Source: a virus (taxonomy: Duplodnaviria; Caudoviricetes). From it: a stretch of 64,000 nucleotides of DNA. Below the pieces are notes generated by a model, which saw only the letters and a list, made by a program, of their open reading frames with translations, was not told the DNA's origin and made no database searches. How positions within the stretch are numbered: position 1 is the stretch's first letter; every line of letters starts with the position of its first letter. The translations under genes were made by a program, and so were the position numbers. The stretch is from positions 398 to 64,397 of IMG/VR virus record IMGVR_UViG_2524023245_000003; one strand, written 5' to 3'. This document shows positions 19,161-28,960 of this stretch, in pieces.

Positions 19161-19517
19161 CTATCCGGTGATCCGGTCTGCGGCGAACTCCACCGGGGCG
19201 CCGGTGCCGGTGAACGGGCTGCGGAACCAGTTGCCGGGCTCGCCGGTGATCTCGCAGACTTCGCCGCGGACACGCACCTGGTCGGTGGTGAGCCAGTCCC
19301 GTCGATGCGGGTCATAGACGGTCCAGCCGACGATGACGGTGTCCCGCGCCTGCTGGTCCTCGCCCCCAGGTGTGGGTGTCTCGTCCACCCGCGGGGCAAC
19401 CACGCAGCCCGGCATGTCCGTCTCGATCAGCGGCCCGGGGATCGGCTGGCCGCGCGGGTCCCGGCCCGGTGACGGCCCGCGGCGTAGCCGTACCACCGTC
19501 TCGCCATGGGCGATCAC
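19161..19517 (-). CDS. Head-to-tail stopper
   Basis: DPRGQP...TDQVRVRG...GEPGNW.SPFTG; GTGA overlap. Confidence 0.85.
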   Translation of the reverse strand: MIAHGETVVRLRRGPSPGRDPRGQPIPGPLIETDMPGCVVAPRVDETPTPGGEDQQARDTVIVGWTVYDPHRRDWLTTDQVRVRGEVCEITGEPGNWFRSPFTGTGAPVEFAADRITG

Positions 19518-20134
19518 AGCGCTCTCACCTGAGTGGTCCCCGCAGCGCGCCGATAGCCTCCCGCGGTGAGCTGCGCACGGTCCTCGCCGGTCATCGCCAC
19601 GGCGGTTCCGGCTCCGGAGCCGTCCGTGCGGTAGGAGTAGGGGCCCATCGTCTCGCCGGTGACGCTGCCCGCCACGGTCGGCGCGGTCAGGGTGCGCAGC
19701 ACCATGCGGCACACGACTGCCAGGACGTCCGCCGGGGCGGTCGCCTGGCCGTGGGAGTACGTCACCTGGTAGGTATCCGGTAGCGGGCCGCTCCAGTTCA
19801 GGGGCCACGACCCGGACGGTCCTGCGCACGTCAGGTCGACCTTGTCGCGGCCGTCCCACACCCAGCCGGACAGCGCGCCCACCGTGCCCCCGTCCGGGCC
19901 CACCGCGGCGAGGGAGACGACGGCGGTCACCGGGCGCTGCGGAAGGCGCAGCACCGCACCCACCGGGCGCAGCACGATCACATCGTCCGCCACCGCGGTG
20001 AACTGCTGCCGGGTGTAGCCGCGCACCAGTGCGCTGGCGTCGGCCAGGAGTGCGTCCGCCCGAGCGGTCTCCTCTAGCGTGAGGTCCCGTCCGAGCCGGG
20101 CCTCCAGGTCAGTCGGGGTTGCGAGAGGTTCCAC
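19514..20134 (-). CDS. Head-to-tail adaptor
   Basis: LATPTDLEARLGR...LLADASALVR...LPQRPV...ETMGPYSY. Confidence 0.88.
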   Translation of the reverse strand: MEPLATPTDLEARLGRDLTLEETARADALLADASALVRGYTRQQFTAVADDVIVLRPVGAVLRLPQRPVTAVVSLAAVGPDGGTVGALSGWVWDGRDKVDLTCAGPSGSWPLNWSGPLPDTYQVTYSHGQATAPADVLAVVCRMVLRTLTAPTVAGSVTGETMGPYSYRTDGSGAGTAVAMTGEDRAQLTAGGYRRAAGTTQVRAL

Positions 20135-20792
20135 AGGACACCTCCCTCTCGGCGAGCAGGCCGGTCATGGCGCCTGGGGTGCGTGCTGCGCGGTAGCGCT
20201 GGTAGAGGGCACGCCCCGCGGGCGAGCCCCAGCGCAGGGACTCCCGCTGCTGGGGCGGGTGCCACAGATGGTGAAGCGGGGCGGTGCCTCGCCACGGGCG
20301 CCCGGCCAGCATGCGCAGGGCCAGCGCCCACGCCTCGTCCTCCTGACCCCACCCGGCGAACCGCGCGTCCAGCGGCACCCGTTCGTACGTGTCGCGGGGC
20401 AGGATGGTGATGCCGCCGCCTTCGTACCCCGGGTACGGAGGCCGGTCCAGACCTCCCGCGAGAGGGCCGCCCGCCAGAACATCAGCCGTGGCCGCTTCGC
20501 CCAGGCGTCTCACTTGCCCGTGCGGCACCGCCCACGGCGCCCCGGCGCGTACCGCGGCCACCGCGTCGGTGACGCCCTCGCACCACACGTCGGCGTCCGC
20601 GATGATCAGCAGGTCGCCGTCGGCGCGGTCGAGCCCAGCGGCGACCGCTGCGGCCTTGCACCACGGGCCGTCCGGCGCAGTACACAGCACAATTCCGTAT
20701 CCGGCCGCCTGCCATTGGCTCACCACCCACCGCAAAGCAGCCTCGCGGTGGGGGCAGCCGCCGCGCCACGGAATGATGACGGAGGCGGTCAT
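20109..20792 (-). CDS. GT-A fold glycosyltransferase (family 2/7-like)
   Basis: SVIIPW, IADAD (DxD), LDARFAGWGQED, HLWH motifs; ATGA-coupled to upstream gene. Confidence 0.88.
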   Translation of the reverse strand: MTASVIIPWRGGCPHREAALRWVVSQWQAAGYGIVLCTAPDGPWCKAAAVAAGLDRADGDLLIIADADVWCEGVTDAVAAVRAGAPWAVPHGQVRRLGEAATADVLAGGPLAGGLDRPPYPGYEGGGITILPRDTYERVPLDARFAGWGQEDEAWALALRMLAGRPWRGTAPLHHLWHPPQQRESLRWGSPAGRALYQRYRAARTPGAMTGLLAEREVSCGTSRNPD

Positions 20793-22822
20793 GGGCGGCA
20801 CTTGGTGACCGCGCGGCGCGATCCGGTGCCGGTGTGCGCGAACACGCCCGGCGTCAGCTGCGCCACCCCGCGCAGCCCGGCCGCATGCGCCCGAGCCTGC
20901 GCTTCCCGCTCGCCAGTCGCTGGCCAGAGCGCGGAGGCGGCGGCCGTGCGCACCAGCGTGGGGTTCGTCGTGTAGTGCGCCTGGGTCGCCTGACGCCAGG
21001 CGCCGCGGTCCCGCCACACCAGGCGCTGCTTCGTGTGCATGTGGTAGGGCAGCGTCCGCTCGACGGCGTGGCGCAGCCGCACCTGGAACACCTCGTCGTG
21101 GTCGGCCAGGATGCGGCGCGCGTCGTCCAGCCAGCCGTCGTGATCCGGGGTGGCCTTCCAGTCGTCCTCGATGTGCAGCCAGTAGGTGCGGCCTGATTCG
21201 GCGGCAAGCTTCGCCAGGTGCGAGGTGGCGTCGCCGATGGATGCCCGGTCCGCCCGGTGCTCGACGTGGTCGATGGCATCGCCGTGCTCGGCGAGGACCT
21301 CTGCGGTGTCCGGGTCGGCGCCGTTGTCGAGCGCCACCACGTGCGCGGTTTCCAGCAGCCCTGGCGCCGTAGCGCGAAGGGCGGACAGGGTGTCGGCGAG
21401 CAGTTCGGGGCGGTCGCCGGTCAGCAGCGTGACCACCACGTCGGAGGCGTCCACGCGTACGGCAGTGCGGGGGCGCACGAGGGCCATCGGCTTCCCACCG
21501 GTGGCCAGCCGTTCGACCTGTGCGCCGGCCCGTTCCCATGCGTCCAGTGCGGCGATCTCGCCGGGCCGGTCGGCATCGTCGAGGAGCAGCACGGCGTCCT
21601 GGGCCAGGTGCGGAGTGAGCGCGTCCAGCGCGGCGGCCCGACCGCCCTCACCTTCCGGCGGACCGTCCACCAGCGCCAGCCCGACACCGTCCGGCAGCAC
21701 GGTGTCGTACCACGGCCCGGCCGGCGTGTGGTGCAGCGGAGCCAGGCGCAGGTCCACGTGCTTGGACAGGCCCCGCTCGGCGAGGAGTCCGGCGGTTGCG
21801 TCCCGGTACTTCGCCTGGTGCTCCAGCGTGACGACGCTGGCCCCGGTGTCGCGGGCGTACTCCGCCAGCAGCACCGTCGAGGAGCCCGACCCGGCCTCCA
21901 CCACCACGGTCGGCTTGTGCTCGGCCAGCTGCGCGGCGAGCGTACGGGCTCCTCCCGCGTCGAGTGCCCAGCCCCGCCACAGCGCCGCATCGTCAAGCGC
22001 GCCCGCGGAGTCCGGTTCCGGCGTCACGCCGGAGAGCAGGCCGCGCAGCCGCTCGGCGTGGTGGCCGACGTCGGCCACCACGCCGGCGTCGAGGCCGTCG
22101 CGGAGTACCTCGCCGACCGCCGACGGTCCCTCTGCCGCGGCGGCCACCATGGGCGGCCACAGCCGCCGTAGCTGCGCGGTCACAGCCTTCCGTGACGGGG
22201 AGCCGGTGCCGGATGCGGGCGCGGTCGTCAGCGAGCCGCGCCGCCGGTACCGGTCATACAGCGGCTGCTCCACCACCGTGGCCGCGCCGGATGCCAGGGC
22301 TGTGCCCGTGAGCATCGTGTCCCAGGCGATGTCGTAGTCCGGCCGCGGCCCGCCCACCTTGCGTAGCCAGGAGGTACGCCACAGCCCGGCCATGTGTGCA
22401 TGGTGCCGGAACCTGCCGTCGCTCCAGGGCACCACCGGCTCCACCGTCGCCTGGCCCCGCAGCGCGTGCACCCGCTGAGCGGTGAGCACCACGTCCGCAC
22501 CCTCAGCGGCGTCGAGCATGCCGGTGAGCCAGCGCGGATCGGCGGCGTCGTCCGCGTCGTGCGGCGCGAACCACTCGCTGTCGCAGGCAGCCAGCACGAC
22601 CGCGTCCGCGAAGTACCGCCCGCGGCGCTCCGGCAGATCGAAGCGGACCAGCCGCGGGTCGTCGATGTCCTCCAGGGCGGGCCAGGGCGGCGACTCGCTG
22701 TCGCCGTCGTTGACGACTACGCATGTCAGATCCGTCCAGGTCTGGCCGAGGACCGCGTCCACGGCACGCCGGACGGTGTCCGAGCAGCCGTGGTACGGCA
22801 TGGAGACGGTCACGGTGGCCAC
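20789..22822 (-). CDS. Tri-domain protein: GT2 glycosyltransferase + class I SAM methyltransferase + second GT-A domain
   Basis: VSMPY...VVNDG...HDADD; VEAGSGSST...LEH...LVDGP...LLDDADRPGE; LLTGDRP...ALDNG...HIEDDW; GGAGG RBS before GTG 22822. Confidence 0.88.
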   Translation of the reverse strand: MATVTVSMPYHGCSDTVRRAVDAVLGQTWTDLTCVVVNDGDSESPPWPALEDIDDPRLVRFDLPERRGRYFADAVVLAACDSEWFAPHDADDAADPRWLTGMLDAAEGADVVLTAQRVHALRGQATVEPVVPWSDGRFRHHAHMAGLWRTSWLRKVGGPRPDYDIAWDTMLTGTALASGAATVVEQPLYDRYRRRGSLTTAPASGTGSPSRKAVTAQLRRLWPPMVAAAAEGPSAVGEVLRDGLDAGVVADVGHHAERLRGLLSGVTPEPDSAGALDDAALWRGWALDAGGARTLAAQLAEHKPTVVVEAGSGSSTVLLAEYARDTGASVVTLEHQAKYRDATAGLLAERGLSKHVDLRLAPLHHTPAGPWYDTVLPDGVGLALVDGPPEGEGGRAAALDALTPHLAQDAVLLLDDADRPGEIAALDAWERAGAQVERLATGGKPMALVRPRTAVRVDASDVVVTLLTGDRPELLADTLSALRATAPGLLETAHVVALDNGADPDTAEVLAEHGDAIDHVEHRADRASIGDATSHLAKLAAESGRTYWLHIEDDWKATPDHDGWLDDARRILADHDEVFQVRLRHAVERTLPYHMHTKQRLVWRDRGAWRQATQAHYTTNPTLVRTAAASALWPATGEREAQARAHAAGLRGVAQLTPGVFAHTGTGSRRAVTKCRP

Positions 22823-22859
22823 TGGCACCTCCAGCAGGAAGAAGAATGAGGAAGGGGGT

Positions 22860-22888
22860 GCGCGGCCCGCCATGGCGACGGGCCGCGC
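22860..22888 (-). terminator. Hairpin (terminator/attenuator) after major capsid gene
   Basis: GCGCGGCCCG-N9-CGGGCCGCGC followed by a pyrimidine-rich run on the mRNA. Confidence 0.6.
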
Positions 22889-22905
22889 GGGCCTGCGGAC
22901 TGCGA

Positions 22906-23889
22906 TCAGGACCCGGTGCCGTCGTCCAGCCCGGTGATCTTGCCGTGAGCCTTCTCGTTGCCGTACTTCAACCCGATCTCGCCGTAGACCTGGGAGCGTT
23001 CGGCCGCGCCCACCTTCGCCAGCGGCTCCACGAACAGGAACCCCTTGCCCGGGATGAGCAGGAACGTCGGGGCGCACTGCTCCAGGGACACGGCCGCGAT
23101 CGTGTCGGTGGGCATGTACCGGTTGAGCATCACGTTCAGCTCGCCGAAGTCGGTGATGATCCGCGATACGGACACGCCGCCGATCTCACGGGTCTGCTCC
23201 TGGTAGTTGGCATCCGTGACGAACAGCTTCGTGAGCATCCGCTTCTGGTAGCCGTTACACATCAGCGTCGCCGTCCCCGACTCCTGAATGCCACCGGACT
23301 CCCACACCATCTGGAGCAGGTCGATCACGGTGTCATGGGTCAGCGCGGCACCGGCCGCCGCGATAGCGTTCGTGGTGATCGCGGGCAGAATCCCACGGGT
23401 CTTCCGCGGCGTGCTGTTGTTCGCCGGGTTCTGGAACGTCCCCGCCAGGAAGGTGACCTCGATGTCCCGTGCGATCTGCTTCAGCGCCTGGCTGATCTGC
23501 CAGTCCGCCTCGTTCATCACCGGGTTCGCCCCGGCGATCCCCACGGAGCCGGGGTGTGTCGAGCCGGTCGAGTTGTACTGGCCGCTCGCGGCCAGCTTCG
23601 TGTAGGAGATCTCGACGGCCTCCTGGTGGATCTCCACGACGTTCGTGACGTTGAACCGCGCCCGCCCTTCGGCGGTCGGCGCGTTCGCGCCCTCCACCCG
23701 CTGCCGGTCAACGGCAGCGTCCCGCAGGTCGTAGCCCTGCCACTGGAACAGGGTGGTCGCCGCAGCTTCGCCGCCGGTCAGCCCGCCGATCGCGGACAGA
23801 AACGGGGTGTCCTGCGGGCTCTCGGCGAACAACTCTCCGACGTAGTTCGGCAGGTTGAACGTGGTCCCCTGCCCGGTGATCCCGGCCAT
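22906..23889 (-). CDS. Major capsid protein (SU10/DUF5309-like)
   Basis: TPFLSAIGG...NVVEIHQEAVEISY...YGEIGLKYG; follows scaffold gene. Confidence 0.92.
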   Translation of the reverse strand: MAGITGQGTTFNLPNYVGELFAESPQDTPFLSAIGGLTGGEAAATTLFQWQGYDLRDAAVDRQRVEGANAPTAEGRARFNVTNVVEIHQEAVEISYTKLAASGQYNSTGSTHPGSVGIAGANPVMNEADWQISQALKQIARDIEVTFLAGTFQNPANNSTPRKTRGILPAITTNAIAAAGAALTHDTVIDLLQMVWESGGIQESGTATLMCNGYQKRMLTKLFVTDANYQEQTREIGGVSVSRIITDFGELNVMLNRYMPTDTIAAVSLEQCAPTFLLIPGKGFLFVEPLAKVGAAERSQVYGEIGLKYGNEKAHGKITGLDDGTGS

Positions 23890-23923
23890 TTCGGCCTCAC
23901 TTTCTGGCAGGGGGCTCCTGCCG

Positions 23924-24568
23924 TTAGGTCCCGCTGGTCATGTTGATCAGTTGCTGTGTCTTGAGCCGCCGCGCCTGCCCCCAGTCGCCGGCCTGCTCGG
24001 CGGCGGTGATCTGCTCGGGGAGCGTCGGAGGCTTCGGCGTGGGCAAGCCGCCAGGCCGGAGGCGCTCGGGCGGCGTAGGCGGTGCGGGCTCGCCCTCCGG
24101 TGCGGCGTCCGTACCGGCGGCGGGCTCTGGCGTAGGAGCCTTGTTGGCGCTGAACACGGTCAGCAGGTCTTCCGCATCAGCCTCCAGTTCCTCGCGGGTC
24201 GCACCCACAAGGCGCCGGGCCTGCGCCGCGGTCAGCCCCTTCTCGGCGGCGACCTCGTTGCGCAGCAGCTTCTGCTCGGCCTCAGCCGCGCGCTTCTGCG
24301 CCTCGGTGAGCTGCTCGTTGAGCTTCTCCTCAGCGGACTTCCGCGCCTCGCGCGCCTTCTCCGCCTCGGCCGCCAGCGGCTCCAACTCCTTGAGTCGGGC
24401 CTCCAGCTCCTTGCGCTGCCGCGTCTCTTCCCGGCGTGCCTGGCGCTCTTCCGCCAGCGCCTTCTTCCCGGCGTCCCCGAGGCCAGCGCTCTCCTGCTTG
24501 GGTGCCGCCTCGTCGCCCGTCGCAGGCGTCTCCGGCGTCTCGTTGTTCTCGATCTCCTCGTCAGCCAT
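23924..24568 (-). CDS. Capsid scaffolding protein
   Basis: Acidic N-terminus, LGDAGKKALAEER, coiled coil, RLVGATREELEADA. Confidence 0.9.
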   Translation of the reverse strand: MADEEIENNETPETPATGDEAAPKQESAGLGDAGKKALAEERQARREETRQRKELEARLKELEPLAAEAEKAREARKSAEEKLNEQLTEAQKRAAEAEQKLLRNEVAAEKGLTAAQARRLVGATREELEADAEDLLTVFSANKAPTPEPAAGTDAAPEGEPAPPTPPERLRPGGLPTPKPPTLPEQITAAEQAGDWGQARRLKTQQLINMTSGT

Positions 24569-24615
24569 CGCGGCCAACTCCCTTTCCTTCACCCCCGCCC
24601 TCGCGACGGGGAAAC

Positions 24616-25350
24616 TCATGCAGCCTGGCGGCGCTGTGCGTTCACATGCGCACGCCACGCGCGCAACGCTGCCGGGCCCGAAGTACCGCGCGTCGCCTGC
24701 TGCCACTGCCGGTACAAGTCCTGCACCTCCGGCGGCTCCGCCTCGCGCCGGTAGAGCAGCTCCGGCGTACACGCACACCAGTCATGCGCCTGAAAGCGGG
24801 CGGTCGCCTTGGTGTACACGGCCCCACGGCCGATCAGCGCCAGGCAGAAGGGGCACGGCTGCGCCCGCCCGGCGATCCGCCGCCAGCCCGCCACATCCCC
24901 CGAGTCCTGGGCCGTGCGCAGCACCGTGCCGCGGTCGCCCTCCCGGACCAGCCTCGTCGCCGACCCCGCCAGCTGGTCGGCCATCGTCCGAACGCTGGCG
25001 TCCGGGCTGCCGCTGATCCTCATGTGCTCCCGGAAGGCCACCGGCCCGGTGACGCGCAAGCTCGTGGCCACCTGCTCGGGCACCGGCTGCCACTGCGCCA
25101 CACCGTCCAGCCGTACGCCCTCCAGCCGGGCATGCTCCACCAGGTATCCGCGCGCCAGCCGCGCCAGCGCAGACTGCCCGGCCAGGATCTCCTCCTGCAC
25201 GGCCGGCGCGATACGGTCCCACCAGCCGTCAATGTTCTCCGCGTCGGCCCGCAGCGCGGCCGTACGCAGGCGGCGCGCCAGCAGCTCAGCCAGCCGCACC
25301 ACGGTCTGCCGGTGCCGGCGCGTCAGCGCCCGGGCCCGCGAGTTCGGCAT
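24616..25350 (-). CDS. Minor head (MuF-like) protein
   Basis: WRR...PCPFC...RGAVY...FQAHDWCAC. Confidence 0.85.
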   Translation of the reverse strand: MPNSRARALTRRHRQTVVRLAELLARRLRTAALRADAENIDGWWDRIAPAVQEEILAGQSALARLARGYLVEHARLEGVRLDGVAQWQPVPEQVATSLRVTGPVAFREHMRISGSPDASVRTMADQLAGSATRLVREGDRGTVLRTAQDSGDVAGWRRIAGRAQPCPFCLALIGRGAVYTKATARFQAHDWCACTPELLYRREAEPPEVQDLYRQWQQATRGTSGPAALRAWRAHVNAQRRQAA

Positions 25351-26806
25351 CCTCCACCCCCGGCGTCTCCTCGGCGCCCGGCAGCGGCGAAGCCAGCAGC
25401 GCGGCCATCTCCTCCATACCGGCGCGCTCGTCCGCACTCTTCTCCCACCGCTGGATGTCCTGCTGCGTCACGCCCGGGACCCGCTCCCACAACTCCCGCG
25501 GCGGGATCTCCAGCTGCGCCGCGAGTTTGCCCAGCGCGTCAGCAATCTGCGCGAGGGACCGCGGCGTGGTGTCACGCCACACCACCTGCGCGGACCGGTC
25601 CTCCCACGCGGCCTCGTCGCCCATGGCGCGCCCGCACAGCCGCAGCAGCTGCTCATTCGACTCCCCGAAGCTGGTCTTATGCTCGGCGATGTCCTGCTGA
25701 TGCCCGGCCTCCAGCGCGGCCAGAGCCTCAGCAGACACGTTGCTCACCGCGTTGCCGACGACCAGGGAGTGCGGCGGGATCTGCCGCGCACTGGCGACGT
25801 AGAGCAGCGTCTTGTCCCGGCTGTCCAGGTAGCCACTGAGGTTGGTCTCGGCGAAGTCACCGAACTTCGTGTCCGGCGACTCGGCGTGCCACACCCGGTT
25901 GACCGCCGCGTTCCACGGCTCGACCGGATTACCGTCCGCATCCTCCGGGATCGCCATGCCCGTGACCCACCGCTGCCGGAAGGCTTCGTACAACTCAGCC
26001 ATGCTCAGACCGAACGTCGTCTGGTTCAACTGCCGCTGCGCGGGCAGCATCGGCCACACCACGCCCTCCGGCCCGTCATCCAAGTCACCGAACGAGTCGA
26101 GATAGCGCACCACCGGACACACGCCCATGCCGTGTTCGGCGACCGTGACCCTCGCCGCGTCGATCGCCAGGCCCTCGAACGGCAGATACTCCGAAAACGC
26201 CCCGTGCGCCGCCGGAGTCACCATCTCGGCCGGCACCTCGAACGTGTACACCGCCACATCGTCATGCACGGTGATGTCGGTGACCATGTGGGGACTCTTC
26301 GCGTCCAGCACCGGCCGCGGAATCCCCACCGACACCGCGTACCGCGGCCACTCGTCGTTGATCGGATCCGCGTACAGCGCCGTCATCCGCCGCGGCGACC
26401 ACGGCGTGATCACCGGATGGCCCTCCTCCGCGTCCTCCTCGGCCGGCAGCACCGTGGCGTAGGAGTAGCCGTACCGCAGCGCGGCCCGGTACAGACCCGC
26501 CTGGCGGGCATCCATCCGGTTCGCCTGCCACACCGTCCACGTCCCGGCGTTCGCCGACAGGCCCGCCGGCCGGTAGCCGTCCACGAACAGGTTCTGCGCC
26601 AGGGAGCTGACGAGCAGCGGCAAAATGTTGAACCGCGCCTGAGCGACCAGCTTGCGGTACTCCGCCGTCGCCGAGGCCGGCACGTAGATGTCGTGCACCT
26701 CGCCGCGCACCCACTGGTGGATCAGTGACAGGCGCCCCGACTCCGCGCGGCGGGCGGACAGCAGCCAGGAGGAGATGTTCGTCAGCTCGGACTCGGTCAT
26801 CGGCAC
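25286..26806 (-). CDS. Portal protein (SPP1-like)
   Basis: WQANRMD...ALRYGYSY...SAEALAA...WRDT...DALGKL; follows terminase. Confidence 0.93.
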   Translation of the reverse strand: MPMTESELTNISSWLLSARRAESGRLSLIHQWVRGEVHDIYVPASATAEYRKLVAQARFNILPLLVSSLAQNLFVDGYRPAGLSANAGTWTVWQANRMDARQAGLYRAALRYGYSYATVLPAEEDAEEGHPVITPWSPRRMTALYADPINDEWPRYAVSVGIPRPVLDAKSPHMVTDITVHDDVAVYTFEVPAEMVTPAAHGAFSEYLPFEGLAIDAARVTVAEHGMGVCPVVRYLDSFGDLDDGPEGVVWPMLPAQRQLNQTTFGLSMAELYEAFRQRWVTGMAIPEDADGNPVEPWNAAVNRVWHAESPDTKFGDFAETNLSGYLDSRDKTLLYVASARQIPPHSLVVGNAVSNVSAEALAALEAGHQQDIAEHKTSFGESNEQLLRLCGRAMGDEAAWEDRSAQVVWRDTTPRSLAQIADALGKLAAQLEIPPRELWERVPGVTQQDIQRWEKSADERAGMEEMAALLASPLPGAEETPGVEDAELAGPGADAPAPADRGAAG

Positions 26807-26813
26807 GGCTCGC

Positions 26814-28520
26814 TCACCCCCATGTCACGACGCGGCCTGCCCGCTTCTTCGGCCCCGCCTTGTACTTCGCCCACGCCGTGCTCGCCAGCAGCACCCTGCG
26901 CACCATCCGTGCCCCGATCGCGCACACCGCCAGGTCGATCTTCTTCGGGGACTCGCGGCCCTCCTTCGCGATGGACACGCCGTACTTGTTGGGGCGGCGC
27001 CGCGCGTTGAGGATGTGCCGCTGGAGCCGGGAGTCCCCGTCGTGCGTCACATCCCGCTCCCGAATGTCCAGCTCCATCCGCTCACACGCCTCAGTGAAAT
27101 CCCGCCCCCGGGCCCGCATGTCCCACGCGACCGAGTGTGCGTACCGGCCGACCGTCCCCTGAACCAGCAGCTGCTCGCCGAAGGCTTCCGCCCACGCGTC
27201 GATGTAGGACTCGAACTCGGCCAGGTCGGCGAAGAACGCGACCACGCTGCGGGTGGCGAACACCTGCCGCACCACGCGGTCGACGTCCGCCCGGTCCACC
27301 TGCCACCCCTTGCCCGCAGGTCCTAGGGGCTTCTCCCAGCAACCCAGGGTCATCAGGTGCCCGGTCTCCACATCGCAGCCCACCAGTGCGCTGGCGTCAT
27401 CCGACTTGGACCCGTCGAAGAACATCACCATCGGCGCATCATCCGCGACGATCCGCTCGACGTCCGCGCACGCCGCCCACAGCGGATGCGTCGTCCACGC
27501 ATCCCGGTCCGCGGTCGGCTGGTTGAAGAAGTACCGGCGGGATTCCTCGATGTCCTTCTCGATGTTCCAGAACTCCGACTCGATGATGCCGTCCAGGTCC
27601 AGCGCATCGGCGTGCGGCCCGTACACCTCCCGCAGCGCGGCACGCATCTGCTCCAGGTCCGACAGGTCCACCTCGGCCGGGGCCTCGCGGTGGTCCAGCA
27701 GCAGGCGGTGCTCACGCGTCTTGCCTTCCGCAATGAGCTTCGCTCGCTCGTGGAGCTTCTCCAGCACGCTGTCCTCGCCCGGCTGGTACATGGTCGAGGT
27801 CAGCAGCGCCCATGGGGCCGCCTCGCGGCGCTTCCGCAGGTTCCGGTCCACCGTGCGGTACATCTGCCGCAGCTCGGGCAGCACGTACAGGTGCGGCTCG
27901 TCGAAGACCGCGAGGGTCTCCTTGCCGCCGTCCCGGGAGGCCGCCGCAGCAGTGGAGGGCCGGATCTCCCCACCCTGTGGAAGGAAGATCCGCGTCATCC
28001 CGGCGACACCGGACGGCAGATCCTCCGCCAGCGGCCCGTGCTCCAGGTTGAACAGGATGTTGTCGTAGGTGTTGCCTGACTGGGACTCCTCCGTCGCCAG
28101 GCACCGGATGAACGGGTACGTGATCGGCCGGCCCATCGGCTCGCCCGGCTCGTACTCGTATACGAAGTCCCGCCAGCGGTACTGCTCGCCGCCGGTGGCC
28201 CACCCGGCGAAGCGGACCGGCGCGAACGCCTCACCCAGGCCGATGAACCCGGCCAGCTCCGACTTCGCCCGGCCCTTCGCCCGCGAGATCGCCACCGTGT
28301 CGTACAGGCGCCGCCCGGTCTCATCGTGCGCGTAGCAGTCCAGGATCAGCCCGGCGAACTCGTCATCCAACGGCAGAGACTCGCCGCCGTGCCGCGGATG
28401 CAGCGGAACGCCCTGCACATCACCCGGGCCGTGGACGCAGAACCATTCGATCCACGCCAGCGCCACCCCGAGAGACCGCGTCCGCGTGTGTCCCGGGGCG
28501 CGGACCAGTTCACGAGGCAT
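26814..28520 (-). CDS. terL: Terminase large subunit
   Basis: SRAKGRAKSE (Walker A-like), FDEPH (Walker B), FDGSKSDD and KIDLAV nuclease motifs. Confidence 0.95.
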   Translation of the reverse strand: MPRELVRAPGHTRTRSLGVALAWIEWFCVHGPGDVQGVPLHPRHGGESLPLDDEFAGLILDCYAHDETGRRLYDTVAISRAKGRAKSELAGFIGLGEAFAPVRFAGWATGGEQYRWRDFVYEYEPGEPMGRPITYPFIRCLATEESQSGNTYDNILFNLEHGPLAEDLPSGVAGMTRIFLPQGGEIRPSTAAAASRDGGKETLAVFDEPHLYVLPELRQMYRTVDRNLRKRREAAPWALLTSTMYQPGEDSVLEKLHERAKLIAEGKTREHRLLLDHREAPAEVDLSDLEQMRAALREVYGPHADALDLDGIIESEFWNIEKDIEESRRYFFNQPTADRDAWTTHPLWAACADVERIVADDAPMVMFFDGSKSDDASALVGCDVETGHLMTLGCWEKPLGPAGKGWQVDRADVDRVVRQVFATRSVVAFFADLAEFESYIDAWAEAFGEQLLVQGTVGRYAHSVAWDMRARGRDFTEACERMELDIRERDVTHDGDSRLQRHILNARRRPNKYGVSIAKEGRESPKKIDLAVCAIGARMVRRVLLASTAWAKYKAGPKKRAGRVVTWG

Positions 28521-28941
28521 CGGTCAGGCGCCGGCGGCGCGACGTCAGATCTGCCACGCCGGCCGGAGCCGCGGACGGCGGCGGCTTCGGCGCCTCCACC
28601 TTGATCCGGCCCCGCAGGCGGTCCATGTGCGTTGCGCCGAGAAGGCCTTCGTTGAGCCGGATCTCCGCCAGCAGCTTCGTGGACGGCTCCAGAAAGTAGG
28701 CATCCACCAGCGGCGCGAGCATGATGAGGCGCTGCCAGTCCGTCCCGCCGAACGCGGCAGCCTGGGGAGCGGAGCGCCACGTGTCGTACCAGGCGAGGGT
28801 CTGCGGCCCGAACAGCGCGGCGTGCGGCAGCTCCGGGCCCCGCAGCTCGGTGTCCGCCGAGACGGTCACCGACTGGTCCTCGAACTCGTCCGCGTTCCGG
28901 CGCCGCTTGTTCTCGCTCGGCGGGGGTCCGTAGCCAGACAT
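28510..28941 (-). CDS. terS: Terminase small subunit
   Basis: GPPP...RRN, WYDTWRSAPQA...TDW, EIRLNE..LGAT..DRLR. Confidence 0.88.
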   Translation of the reverse strand: MSGYGPPPSENKRRRNADEFEDQSVTVSADTELRGPELPHAALFGPQTLAWYDTWRSAPQAAAFGGTDWQRLIMLAPLVDAYFLEPSTKLLAEIRLNEGLLGATHMDRLRGRIKVEAPKPPPSAAPAGVADLTSRRRRLTDAS

Positions 28942-28960
28942 GGCCACCACCCCCTCGCCG

